A stretch of 63,144 bases of DNA, filler included, from Octopus bimaculoides (lineage: Eukaryota), in the NCBI RefSeq assembly GCF_001194135.2. It is 4 parts of 4 records of this genome, joined end to end, with 100 filler letters (N's around TTAATTAATTAA, not from the genome) between each part and the next. Parts side by side here need not be neighbours in the genome. Positions count along the whole stretch, not along the records: positions 48,042 to 63,144 come from NC_069002.1; 3 more parts are not named here. One strand, 5' to 3'. Every line of letters begins with the position of its first letter. The stretch's first letter is position 1. The notes beneath the pieces are model-generated. The model saw only the letters and a list, made by a program, of their open reading frames with translations, ran no database searches and had not been told where the DNA came from. This document shows, in pieces, positions 47,942-60,590 of this stretch. A program made the translations under genes and the position numbers.

Positions 47942-48041
47942 NNNNNNNNNNNNNNNNNNNNNNNNNNNNNNNNNNNNNNNNNNNNTTAATTAATTAANNN
48001 NNNNNNNNNNNNNNNNNNNNNNNNNNNNNNNNNNNNNNNNN
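47942..48041. other. Artificial 100-bp gap with TTAATTAATTAA linker
   Basis: Linker at 47986-47997 flanked by 44 N on each side. Confidence 0.95.
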
Positions 48042-48079
<38 letters not shown>

Positions 48080-48729
48080 CAAGGAAAGTGTGACCTCGAA
48101 GTTTCGGCTGATGACAGGAACAAGTCGTCAACCCTTCCCTTGCAAATATTAAAATGTGCGTGTGTGTGTGTGTGTATGTATGTGTGTGTACACGTACGTG
48201 TGTATATATGTATGCTCTCTCTCACGCACAGTACATATGCGCACACACGATTATCCATATACAACAGATATACAATGGAGATAGAAACGAAAAACTGTGA
48301 CCGTGAATTTTGTCTTTGCTGTTAATGTTCAAATTTCTATTCAATTTATTTAATCTGGATCCTCCATTTAATCCTAGTTTAAATTTAAAACTGAAATTTA
48401 AATTTAAAACTAATTGAATCTAATACTTTAATGATTGTTTATCTCTGTAATTAGCGGAATATTGTTATTATTAGCAATTTCATGGCGGTAGACTGAAGCG
48501 GGCGGGGATTGGAAAATCCCCCGAGTAACAATGATAGAATCCATAATCTCTTATTTATTTATTTGTGTATTTATTCATTTATTTATTGTTATTTCTCTGT
48601 TAGCTTGTGAACGAGACATACCTCTTGTTTCGTCTTTAAAAGGATGAAAAGAGAGACTGAGGTCTTCTGCTGAAGAGTAAGAAATTCCACATTATACTAT
48701 CGGCGGAGCAATATTGCTAGACAGAGAGC

Positions 48730-48890
48730 ATCTTGAGGTGCAGTCACTGTAGCCGGGACTTGTCACTCATGAGTGGTCTTTACTGTAACAGAAGACACTG
48801 CTTTGTTAACAGGACCAAAACAAGACACAGATCCAAGGCGCAGATCCAAGGCGCAGATCCAAGGATTTGCAGCTCTAACGGATGCCTGAA
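48730..48890 (+). mobile_element. LINE 3' end with C-terminal zinc-finger remnant and 13-bp tandem repeat
   Basis: LRCSHCSRDLSLMSGLYCNRRHC; CAGATCCAAGGCG about three times at 48828-48864. Confidence 0.5.
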
Positions 48891-49592
48891 ATTCCTCAGA
48901 TGAAGACGGATATTGAGTGATTGCTCTTCGTCTTTTATCATTAGCTTGTAGTTGTTTCATTCAGTGAAATCGCATCTTTCACTCTTAAAATACAATTTAA
49001 AAGAAGCAGACATGTTGAATACTATTCTTCAGAATACATAAATATGCTTCAGTAGCAGATGGAGTGACAACAGCTGGATAGTCTTTGATCGCGAGTTTCG
49101 TCAATCACGGCTTTGATCTGGCACAAAACAACAACACAAAAACAGCAACAACAACTTTCAAAACACTGAAATATACACACATACAAACATATTGCTACAG
49201 ATTTCTTTTAGTTTCTTCTCTGCATAATTTCGAATATTTTTTTAATGTAACAACTCATAGGAAAACCATTTGAAATGTGTAAAATTCCACAAAATAACTA
49301 CAAAAACTTTAAAACATATATTAAAGTGAAATTAACTGATTGAAAAAATGCATGGAGTAAAAATCATATCTCGATATGCATATATGATGAAACAAACACA
49401 CGCATGCCCTTGTATATATGTATGTATGTGCATGCATGTATGCATATGTATGTTTGTGCATTAGACATATGAGCACATGTGTATTTACATGGTTACCGAA
49501 TAGGCCATACATACATGTATTTGCAGTTATAAAATCATATATAAAACACATATACAAAAATACATATATATACAAATATATGTATGTGTGTA

Positions 49593-49676
<84 letters not shown>

Positions 49677-50557
49677 NNNNNNNNNNNNNNNNNNNNNNNN
49701 NNNNNNNNNNNNNNNNNNNNNNNNNNNNNNNNNNNNNNNNNNNNNNNNNNNNNNNNNNNNNNNNNNNNNNNNNNNNNNNNNNNNNNNNNNNNNNNNNNNN
49801 NNNNNNNNNNNNNNNNNNNNNNNNNNNNNNNNNNNNNNNNNNNNNNNNNNNNNNNNNNNNNNNNNNNNNNNNNNNNNNNNNNNNNNNNNNNNNNNNNNNN
49901 NNNNNNNNNNNNNNNNNNNNNNNNNNNNNNNNNNNNNNNNNNNNNNNNNNNNNNNNNNNNNNNNNNNNNNNNNNNNNNNNNNNNNNNNNNNNNNNNNNNN
50001 NNNNNNNNNNNNNNNNNNNNNNNNNNNNNNNNNNNNNNNNNNNNNNNNNNNNNNNNNNNNNNNNNNNNNNNNNNNNNNNNNNNNNNNNNNNNNNNNNNNN
50101 NNNNNNNNNNNNNNNNNNNNNNNNNNNNNNNNNNNNNNNNNNNNNNNNNNNNNNNNNNNNNNNNNNNNNNNNNNNNNNNNNNNNNNNNNNNNNNNNNNNN
50201 NNNNNNNNNNNNNNNNNNNNNNNNNNNTATGAGCGTAACGTTGGCGTCGGAGGTTCATCTGTGAAATATGCCTACATTTCATGATACTTTGTTTTATCAG
50301 TCCTATGATACGGTTGGGCGAGGTTAGAAGTAAAGCAATATCAGGTTTGTTACACACACACGCATACATACGCAGGCATTACACACACACACACACATCT
50401 TTATTGTATGTATGCTTATATGCACATTTGTATGTGAGCGACTGTTTTTCCTGTTATCTGTATAAATGGAGATTTTTTTCCTCACGTACATATGGCTTTC
50501 TTTGTAAATTTTGTACGTATGGTTATATTGCATATGCTTGCATGTGTATATAAGTGC

Positions 50558-50612
<55 letters not shown>

Positions 50613-51559
50613 TACATATATACGTACATCTATCTATCTATCTGAGCGTGCGTGCGTCTATATATGCAAAGCTGCATTCATGTTTCAATTCGTATCCACA
50701 TGTACATTGTTTATGTATATATACGTTTTCTGTGTCTGTCTGAAAAGTATATGCTTTTCTATGTATGGGTGTTTTTCTTTTATTGTCATGTTCTACTATA
50801 TGTTTATAGCACATGTGCCCCAGTTTTGAGTACTTGTCTAGTCCACAAAGGCGACCAGCCAAGGGACACTGCACTCGAATTATATCCTGTAATATATTGC
50901 GAGTTTTATTCTGTTATGTACTCCTGTAATGCATTTTGCTGCTAGGTTAGGGACACACCAGGTCTGCTTGATTCATCATCAGCTTCGACGAGTAGGCACA
51001 CTTCGACACGCCCAGTCCCAATCAACAGAAGCAATCGGAATCGATTCATCACTCAGGACTTACTCCATGTACTTTCTGAGGACACTTGTAAAACCTATCC
51101 TACGTTCGCGAAAGGGAAATAAGTTTTATTCCCCTTTCTCGGACAAATCCTTCAGGCAAAGAAACACTTGCTTTTGTGACATACTATTGCCACAATATTT
51201 CTTAATTTACAGTGCGCATGTCTCAGTATTCGTTCCGTGTATATTTTTAGTGTTATTTGTATTCTGAGTCGTTTGGTCGTTGTTACTACTNNNNNNNNNN
51301 GGGAGTTTTTCGTTTCTCTCAAATGAAGAGCCGTATTGAGAGGAATGTAAATGCACAGGAAATAAAGTTATGGCATGTCTAGGAACAGAACATTGTTTTG
51401 TTTACAGAAGGAATTGGGGGCTAAACTTCTACACATTGTGGAGTCGCCCCCCCCATTTATATAATAATTCAGAAGAATTTTCGCTTGGTAAGCCTTGGTA
51501 ATAATTCAATTTTCTTGGAGCAATCTGAAAACACGTGCGTTCATGCCAAAGCATAGCAA

Positions 51560-51902
51560 TAACAACAACAACAACATTAAGGACAATAAACAAGAAACCT
51601 TTATGATTATCGATACTAAATTCAATATTATTATTGTTGAATTTATTGTGGATCATGGCAACGGCGATGACGACTATGATGACGGTGATGGTGATGATAA
51701 TAATGATGACGATGATGATCATAATGCTGACAAAAGTAAGGGTGACACGGTGACGATGACGACGATAATTATGATGATGATGATGATGACGACGATAATT
51801 ATGATGATGATGGTGATGTTGATGATGATGATGATGATGACTACTATAACAACTAGCTACTGCCATTGCTGTTGTTCTTGCCGCTCTTACAAATATTTTT
51901 AT

Positions 51903-51974
<72 letters not shown>

Positions 51975-53100
51975 CTTCTTCTTCTTCTTCCTCACCCTCT
52001 CTTTTAAATTTTCGTTATTGTTGTAATTGTCGTGAGTAGATGTTGTTGTCGTATTGTTATATGCTTTTACTACTGGATTTGCTATTGTTGTTGTTGCTGT
52101 TATTGTTTTCTTTATCATTTGTTATGTTTGTTGTTGTTGTATCTCTACTGCAATTGCCACAATATATGTTGTTGTTGTTGTTGTTGTCACAGTGTTTCAT
52201 CAAAGAAAATTTTCAAAATCATTTTTATATTTTTGTCTATTACTTTTTTCAACATCTTTTTAACAATTCGCCATATTTTTTCCCTCTCACCCTCCCACCC
52301 ATCCCCCCTTTCTATATTCGATATTTTTCCTTTAATTCCTTTATTCCCTTATTCATCCATTCAGTCATTCATTCAGGATATTTTTTTCCCTTATTGTAAT
52401 TGTTTCTGCTTTTGTTTGTTTGTTTGCTTGTGTGTGTGTATGCGTGTGCATATGCGTGTATATGCGTGTATATGTGTGAACTGCAGTTGTCATTGTCATT
52501 ATTACCATTCTCAAACCTCATACGCTTCTTCGCTTTCGCCCTTTATTATTATTATCATTATTATTATTATTATTATTATTGACATTGTTTGCTACTATTG
52601 TAGTGGTCCTTGTCGAAGCTGTCGCTGTCATGATCATAATAATGATGACGATGGTGATGATGACAATGGGGAGGGTATTGATGATGGTGATGACGATGGT
52701 GATGATGATGATTATCGTCGCCAGAACCCCCCAACATCATGATGATGATAATGATGATGATGATGATCATCATCATCAATACCACCGCCACTGTCATGGT
52801 ATTAATCATCTTTGTTCATGTGTGCAATGTTAACGTGTTGTGTAGTGGAGTTATCTGTCTTGGAGCGTGTTAGGAAATTCGCAGTTCATCATCATCGTCA
52901 TAATCATCGTCGTTGCCCGTCGTCATCATCATCATCATCATCATCATCACCACCACCAGGAACGTGCACCATTGCAATCCTCTTTATCATCATGGCTATC
53001 ATCGTCGTCGTCCACCTCCTCCCCCTTCCCTCTTATTTCCCCCCCCCGCCTCCTCGTGGTCATCATCATCATCATCACCACTTTCTTCTCCACATTTCTT
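51560..53100. repeat. Dense field of degenerate GAT/GTT/ATT/CAT/CT microsatellites
   Basis: Direct reading; explains the low-complexity ORFs here. Confidence 0.9.
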
Positions 53101-53559
53101 TTTATCAATCAAATACAGTTTTACCCCCCCTCTCTCTCTCAATGTCACTCTGTCCTCTCTATACAATACCCCTACACCCCATTCCATCTCCCCTCCTCCT
53201 CCTTTCCCATTGCTTCCTTCATTCTTCCACCGTGTCTTACAAGCAGCTCCAACGAAACAACAAGCAAATCTCAAAGAGAGAAGCAAGATGGCGGCCATCT
53301 TACAATATATTTGTTTCCTAACTTTTACGTTTTGTTTTTTCTTTATTTTTGTTCAATTTTTGTCAGAGAGTCCTGCTTTCTTATTGTCAAACATTTCATT
53401 CGCCATTTTTGTGGAGTATGACAACCAACTGGCATTGCTGCAGAGATGAAACAGCTTAACTTTGATAGTTAGACAATCGTTGATGGTTTCTTGCCGTTGC
53501 TGTAGTTATTGTTGTTGCTTTTTTTTCTATTATTCATTTGTTTCTTTTATTCTGTTACA

Positions 53560-53760
53560 TGCTTCAGGCTTTGGACTGCGGCCACGCTGGAGCAATGCCT
53601 GATGGTTTGAGTCGAAGAAACCGAGGTTCTCAATAATTGTAGTAAGTCTGCTCTTTATTTTTCCCCCCACCTCTTGTCTCTTTACTGAAACGCGAAGTTA
53701 TAGGGCCGTAAACACACCAATACCGTTGCACAGTTGACTGGGAGACCGAAGCATACAAAT
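53560..53760 (-). mobile_element. SINE family B, 3' half, diverged
   Basis: GACTGCGGCCACGCTGGAGCA...GTAAACACACCAATACCGTTG. Confidence 0.7.
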
Positions 53761-53789
53761 ACACACACACACACGCGCATATATGTGTA

Positions 53790-53874
<85 letters not shown>

Positions 53875-55976
53875 GCACACACATGCATACGTATATACGA
53901 GGAAAATGTATCTTAACTGCTTATCATAGTTTGCTGAGACACATGCATGAAAACAGGCCCTTACACACACACATATACACACACACACATAGATAAATAC
54001 ACGCATCTATATTCGCATACCAAACGTCCTAAGTTTCAGTGCTGGCTCTAAATACTCCATAGAAAACCTGAAGGGTTAAATTTAATAGTAGATGGGTATG
54101 TGTGTGTATATGTATGTGTAACTATCTATCGAAATATATACACATGCACACGTATATCCATACACACAGACACACACAAACACTCTCACACACACACACA
54201 CTTAAACATACAGTGAGAGAGAGAGAATTATATTTGAATGGTGTTATATTATCGTTGTGCTGTATTGAATCCGTCATATTGTATAGTATTGCAATGTATT
54301 GTTCAGTGTCTTGTATATATTGTATTTATGCCATTGTTACTGTTGTACGCCATATTAATTCTATTGTATCAACCTATTCTAGTCTGTTGTTTCACATTAT
54401 TTTGTTGATAGTGTTTTCTATTGCATTCCATTGTCTCTCCCGCTCTCTCTTTCCTACCTCTCATAAACATATCATACATACATGTATATATAAACTTATA
54501 CATACATACATACATACATACATGACACACACACACACTATGTTGGTATATATATATATATANNNNNNNNNNNNNNNNNNNNNNNNNNNNNNNNNNNNNN
54601 NNNNNNNNNNNNNNNNNNNNNNNNNNNNNNNNNNNNNNNNNNNNNNNNNNNNNNNNNNNNNNNNNNNNNNNNNNNNNNNNNNNNNNNNNNNNNNNNNNNN
54701 NNNNNNNNNNNNNNNNNNNNNNNNNNNNNNNNNNNNNNNNNNNNNNNNNNNNNNNNNNNNNNNNNNNNNNNNNNNNNNNNNNNNNNNNNNNNNNNNNNNN
54801 NNNNNNNNNNNNNNNNNNNNNNNNNNNNNNNNNNNNNNNNNNNNNNNNNNNNNNNNNNNNNNNNNNNNNNNNNNNNNNNNNNNNNNNNNNNNNNNNNNNN
54901 NNNNNNNNNNNNNNNNNNNNNNNNNNNNNNNNNNNNNNNNNNNNNNNNNNNNNNNNNNNNNNNNNNNNNNNNNNNNNNNNNNNNNNNNNNNNNNNNNNNN
55001 NNNNNNNNNNNNNNNNNNNNNNNNNNNNNNNNNNNNNNNNNNNNNNNNNNNNNNNNNNNNNNNNNNNNNNNNNNNNNNNNNNNNNNNNNNNNNNNNNNNN
55101 NNNNNNNNNNNNNNNNNNNNNNNNNNNNNNNNNNNNNNNNNNNNNNNNNNNNNNNNNNNNNNNNNNNNNNNNNNNNNNNNNNNNNNNNNNNNNNNNNNNN
55201 NNNNNNNNNNNNNNNNNNNNNNNNNNNNNNCTGTACCATTCGTTAATCTCCCCCAAACCACCCCTACATCCCACAATCTCTCATTAAAAACGTTCACAAT
55301 CCGTAAATAAATTGTTAAAGGCAGCAATGATTCCGGATGAAAACTAGATACGTCTCCCCCTCTCACTTTCTTTCTACCTCTTTCTCTTACTACTCTCCCT
55401 GCTCTTTCTCTCTCTCTCTTTCTTATTTTTACAATTGATTTAAATAATAACACACACAAACACATACACACAGGTACATACGCATGCGCGCACACACAAA
55501 GGCAACAAATGAATCAGAAAATAATATGGGAATAACAACAGAACGAATTTCGGAAAAGAGAAACAACAACTAATAATAATAATAATAATAATGATAATAA
55601 TAATAATAATAATAATAATAAGAAGAAGAAGAAGAAGAAAGACGAAGAAGACGAAGAAAGTAATGAAGGACTTACTCGTGAAATGGAGCAACATTAACAA
55701 CAACAACAACAGTAGGAAGAGTAAGAAGAACATCAACAAACCGCAAACAACAAAACAAAGCAATAGGAACAAAACAACAATAAACAAGTAAATAAATTAA
55801 TTAATAAAATAACATCAACAACAACAACAACGAAGGCAATCGTGATAGGAAACGTCACTAATCAGAACTGAATGCTCGTTGGGTGTTGCTCGCGCATGCG
55901 TAAATCTGGATCCAGTTTAACGCTGAGATCTGGTGTGGCTATTATTAATACACCCGCATACATAAATAGACGCATG

Positions 55977-56019
<43 letters not shown>

Positions 56020-56344
56020 ATTAATTAAAAACTATTACAAAGTAGATTTTGAGATAATTTAGAAAAGCTGTTTTATAACAGCTTCATTTTATATTTCAAA
56101 GCTTGGCTAAATTGCATGTTCATTCAATATACGTACACGTGAAGACTCACCTTACATTTGAAATTACACCCCGACCCCCCGTGCTGCATATTGATATTAT
56201 CAAATAATTAATTTACTTTGCCTGCGCTTGCACTGTTTCGCAAATTGGGAACATCAGTTCAGGATGCGTATAATAAACTATTATTACATCGGTAGACGGG
56301 AACTCAATAAAGCTGCGACTGTCATTCGCAACGTTGTGTCTACA

Positions 56345-56675
56345 GCAGAAAGGATTGGTAGAATCGTTAGCACGCCGGGAAAAGTGCTTAGTGGCATTTA
56401 TGTTCTGAGTTCAAATTCCGCCCAGGTCGACTTTGCCTTTCATCCCTTCGAGCTCGATAAAATAAATACCAGTTGAGTACTGGGGTCGATGTAATGGACT
56501 GCCGCCTCCCCCAAATTTCAGGCTTTGTCCTTATAATAAAAAGGATTGTCGACCTTGCCTTTCGTCATGACCAAATCGATAAAATAGTCCCAGCTGAACA
56601 CTGGGGTTGATGTAATCGACTTATCCCCTCCCCACAAATTTCAGGCCTTGTGCCTATATTAGAAAGGGTTATTAT
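56345..56675 (+). mobile_element. SINE family C with tandemly repeated 3' core
   Basis: GTCGAC(T/C)TTGCCTTT...CTGGGG-GATGTAAT...CCCCCAAATTTCAGGC occurs twice. Confidence 0.8.
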
Positions 56676-56786
56676 TATTATTTTTACTGAAGTAGTAGTA
56701 GTAGTAGTAGTATCTAACGTTTTAAAAATTCCTAAGTACTCACGTCTACACGCATATTCTTAAGAATCCACATCATTGAACCGGTG

Positions 56787-56869
<83 letters not shown>

Positions 56870-57649
56870 GTACGAAAGTAGACTAATAGAAATGTCAGCA
56901 GAAACGGTGTTTTATTGTTCAGGTATTCCCTTCAATGTGATCCCTATTAGTTAAAAACCCTTTACTTCCTGTCAGACAAACGTATCAACTGACAGCCGCC
57001 ATTCTTCCACATTCACTTCTGATGTGTTTTCTCTTTTTCTTTTCCTGATGGAGAAATCGACACAGAATTTCTTTTCTCTTTCACTTGCTGCATCTTGTTT
57101 TGTCTTACTTTCGTTCCGTTCCATTTTGCTATTTATTCTTTTCGTTTCGATTTATTTTATATAACTTTTTCTTCGTTTCGTTTTATGTTTCGTGTAATTT
57201 TCGTCTCTTTTTGTTACTTTTTCTTTTTTTCGTTTGTTTGTTGTTTCTGGGTGGCTTATATATAAGCAGCACGACCACCATCCCTGCACCACTACCACCG
57301 TCCATGGTGAGGGCCATGGTAGGAGTGATATTGAGTACCGTGCTGCTGCTGATGATGTTGATCACGATAACGATAATGAAGATGATGACGACGATTTTAA
57401 TGGTTAATGTGATGATGATGATGATGATGATTAACATTTCCAGCATCGACACTTGCCTGTGGGACATGAAGGTGGTACAGAGAAACCTGCCGGACTCCAC
57501 CCTCGCAACCCCCACTTAAAAATAGATTATGTTTCGTATTCTATTTTCTCCGATACCAGAAGGATGTTGAAATGCTGCAGTCCACCACGGAGTATATTTG
57601 ACTTCAGGGGGGCCAAAGGTAATAATGGAATACGACATATTTCGTATTA

Positions 57650-57870
57650 TGGTAAGGCGATGAGCTGGCAGAATCGTCAGCACGACGGACGAAATGCTTG
57701 GAAGCATTTCGTCCGTCTTTAAGAACTTACGAACCGAGTTCAAATTCCGCTGTGGTTGACTTTGACTTTTATCCTTTCGAGATCGATAATCGACAAAATG
57801 AGTATCAGTCGATTACTGGGGTCGATGTTATCGACTTAACCCCTCCCGCGAAAGTATCGGTTTTGTACCA
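57650..57870 (+). mobile_element. SINE family C variant
   Basis: GAGCTGGCAGAATCGTCAGCACG...GAGTTCAAATTCCGC...TTTATCCTTTCGAG. Confidence 0.8.
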
Positions 57871-58448
57871 AAATGTGAAACTCAATATATTTTGTATTAT
57901 AGTGAAAGGAGAGACTGATAGAGCTTGTGAAAGCGAGTCCAGAGTCACAATGACGGACACCCTCTCATAAGTATGCTTAGGGCTGTCTCTATTTCTCTCT
58001 CTTATTATTTCGCTTTCCCTGAGAATTCTCAAATTATGAAGACCAAGAATGAATAACAGAATGGACTGAGAGAGAGAGACAGCAAAAAGCAAACCGTATA
58101 TATATTACACGCATACTTACTTACAAACACACACAAACGTGTATATATATATATCATACAGAAATGTATATACATATATATACGTATTTATTTTACACAT
58201 AACCCACTTTTGTGGCAACTATAGAGAACTATTATTCGCGAATTATTTTCGAACACACTACTGCCCCCAAAATTATACCGTGGTAATTGAATGTAGTTTT
58301 AAATAATTAATGCCTCCATCTTGAATCGAGATGAAAAAAAAAAGCAAAAAAAGAAATGATAGTAATAAATATTTGTAAAAAAAGGGAACTACATGAAAAC
58401 ACGAAATCACAGCCTTCACCTAGCAAAATGTATGTGCGTGTGTGTACA

Positions 58449-58495
<47 letters not shown>

Positions 58496-58685
58496 GTATG
58501 TATATGCATTATGATATATAATTACATATACTAATTTGTATATAAGTTATGAGAAAAAGAAAATGGAATTCACTTGATTCTTTATTATTCACTACGATCG
58601 TATCGTCCCATAGTGCACCGATGTGTACCCAACTTTAAAATGATATCTAATGTGTATCTCTCTCTCTCTTTGTATATATATGTGC

Positions 58686-58774
<89 letters not shown>

Positions 58775-58961
58775 CAATTCAAAGAACAAACTATTAAAAA
58801 TTGAGAACAAAAAGTAAAAGAAAAAATACAAAGGTGAGGACGTGCACAAAAAACATATTAATTTGATGCTCGGTGAAAGAGAGAGAGTTGTTAATGTTTC
58901 GAGCATAGCTCTTCCTCGGAAAGAGAAAAGTCCAAAGAAAAATAAAGAAAAACAAGGAAAA

Positions 58962-59021
58962 ATCGCCAGCAATCCACGTGCGGTTATATTTATATACAAC
59001 CACACGTGGAATGCTGGCGAT
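58962..59021. ncRNA. Candidate pre-miRNA-like hairpin
   Basis: 24-nt inverted arms (22/24 complementary) with a 12-nt loop in unique sequence. Confidence 0.35.
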
Positions 59022-59069
59022 ATTCGCCCCATATTATTAAGAAAATTAGAAAAAAAGAAATGAAGAACT

Positions 59070-59215
59070 CGTTATTATGTTCTGAGTTCAAATTCCGCCG
59101 ATGTCGATTTGCTTTTCATCCTTTCGGGGTCGATGAAATAGGTACCAGTTTCATACTGAGTCTATATAGTCAACTCGTCCCCTCCCCCCAAACTGCTGGC
59201 CTTGTGACTATAATA
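59070..59215 (+). mobile_element. SINE family C, 5'-truncated
   Basis: TATGTTCTGAGTTCAAATTCCGCC...CTTTTCATCCTTTCGGGGTCGAT. Confidence 0.85.
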
Positions 59216-59521
59216 GAAGAAATTATTATTATTATTGTTGTTTTTTGTTTCTACTTTTCTTACTTTACCAAATCTCATTTAACGCCCAAAATTCGACCAT
59301 CTTCAAGCTGTGTGATTGTGTGCGCATGTGTGTGTGTGTGTGAGTGTGTGTGTGCCTGTGTGTGTGTGTGCCTGTGTGTGTGTGTGTGTGAGTGTGTGTG
59401 CCTGTATGTATGTACATGTCGTTGTAGTTGTAATTGTTGTTGTGATTATTTGGGTGGTGATATTTGATATTTTGTCACTTTTCTTCCAGTCAGTTCGAAC
59501 AACAAAAACAAGAACAAGAGA

Positions 59522-59576
<55 letters not shown>

Positions 59577-59893
59577 CCCAGCAACACCGTTAATATTTAA
59601 TGGACGTTTTTGCCAGGAAACCTTGCCAAAACCTGGGACCGTAGTTTCAGTAGTAACTCCATGATCGTCGGACATATTTGCTCTCTAATCAGTTTTGGAG
59701 ATTTGCAAGATGCTTTCCCGCCAAAACAAAACCTAAAAATTTTAGTATCAACAAAGAAAATATGCGTAGACCTGGAGCAGTGGAGTAAGTGCTGGTGGAG
59801 ATATAGTCAATAGGAAGGACTTTTTCGTATCCCCACCTAACTGCCAACAAAATATGTACCAGATTTCAAAAAGAGAAAAAATACTCATTTCAT

Positions 59894-59957
<64 letters not shown>

Positions 59958-60139
59958 CACTACTGATAGAAGAAGTGCTGCCATTTTATTTTTTGAATGC
60001 TGTTTGTTAAACAAATATTGGCTGACTGTTATACCGCGTAATGTTGGAAAGTGTTGGTGAGGGATGAGGTGCACGTTGTGACGTTCAACATAAGCTGAAA
60101 ATGAAACTACTACTATACTACTGTTAGCCAATGAGGGCA

Positions 60140-60235
60140 CCTCTACGTGGTAGCTCGAGTGCCTAAAAAATAGCAGCCAAATCAACCACTACGGTCTTAT
60201 GAAAGGAATGATCCCATTCGATATTCTAGTCTTCG
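60140..60235 (+). mobile_element. Fragment of a further repeat family (H); related minus-strand pieces near 460, 12385 and 21890
   Basis: Shared AAATAGCAGCCAAATC / GATTTAGCT-CT-TTTCTAGC motif. Confidence 0.5.
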
Positions 60236-60258
60236 CCGCCTCAATAATAATAACAATA

Positions 60259-60590
60259 GGGCTACAGCAAATATTCTGCTCAATACCACAGGTTTGCTTG
60301 TCAGTTGTTTGACCTTAACCAGTTGAGCATGTCCCTTGGTGGCTGACGATATGTGCATCTCTGATCATGAGCAGAAGTAGTGGGGGAGCATCATAGCCAT
60401 GTGTTGAGAGGTATTATTTGGGGTTTGAATAATTCACCTTTGGAAACATGGGTGTTTCGTTCAACATCCTTAAACAACCCTTATTCAAATTCTTAACTGA
60501 GCCCCATCTGCAAAGTCATGCACTGTTTATCTTAATATGAGATCAGCATGTCGCACATATGGTTGTGATGCATGTATCTGGTGTACCATT
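60259..60590. mobile_element. Family F repeat, truncated and internally deleted
   Basis: Colinear with 41440-41810. Confidence 0.8.

Noticed and set aside
48085-48135. TCAGCCGAAAC on the minus strand, resembling the SINE hammerhead
   Set aside because: The upstream CUGAUGA and stem II partner are missing; probably chance.
51429-53449. ORFs of 170-236 aa rich in His, Asp, Ile, Cys or Leu runs
   Set aside because: These are translations of trinucleotide microsatellites on both strands, with no domain-like content.
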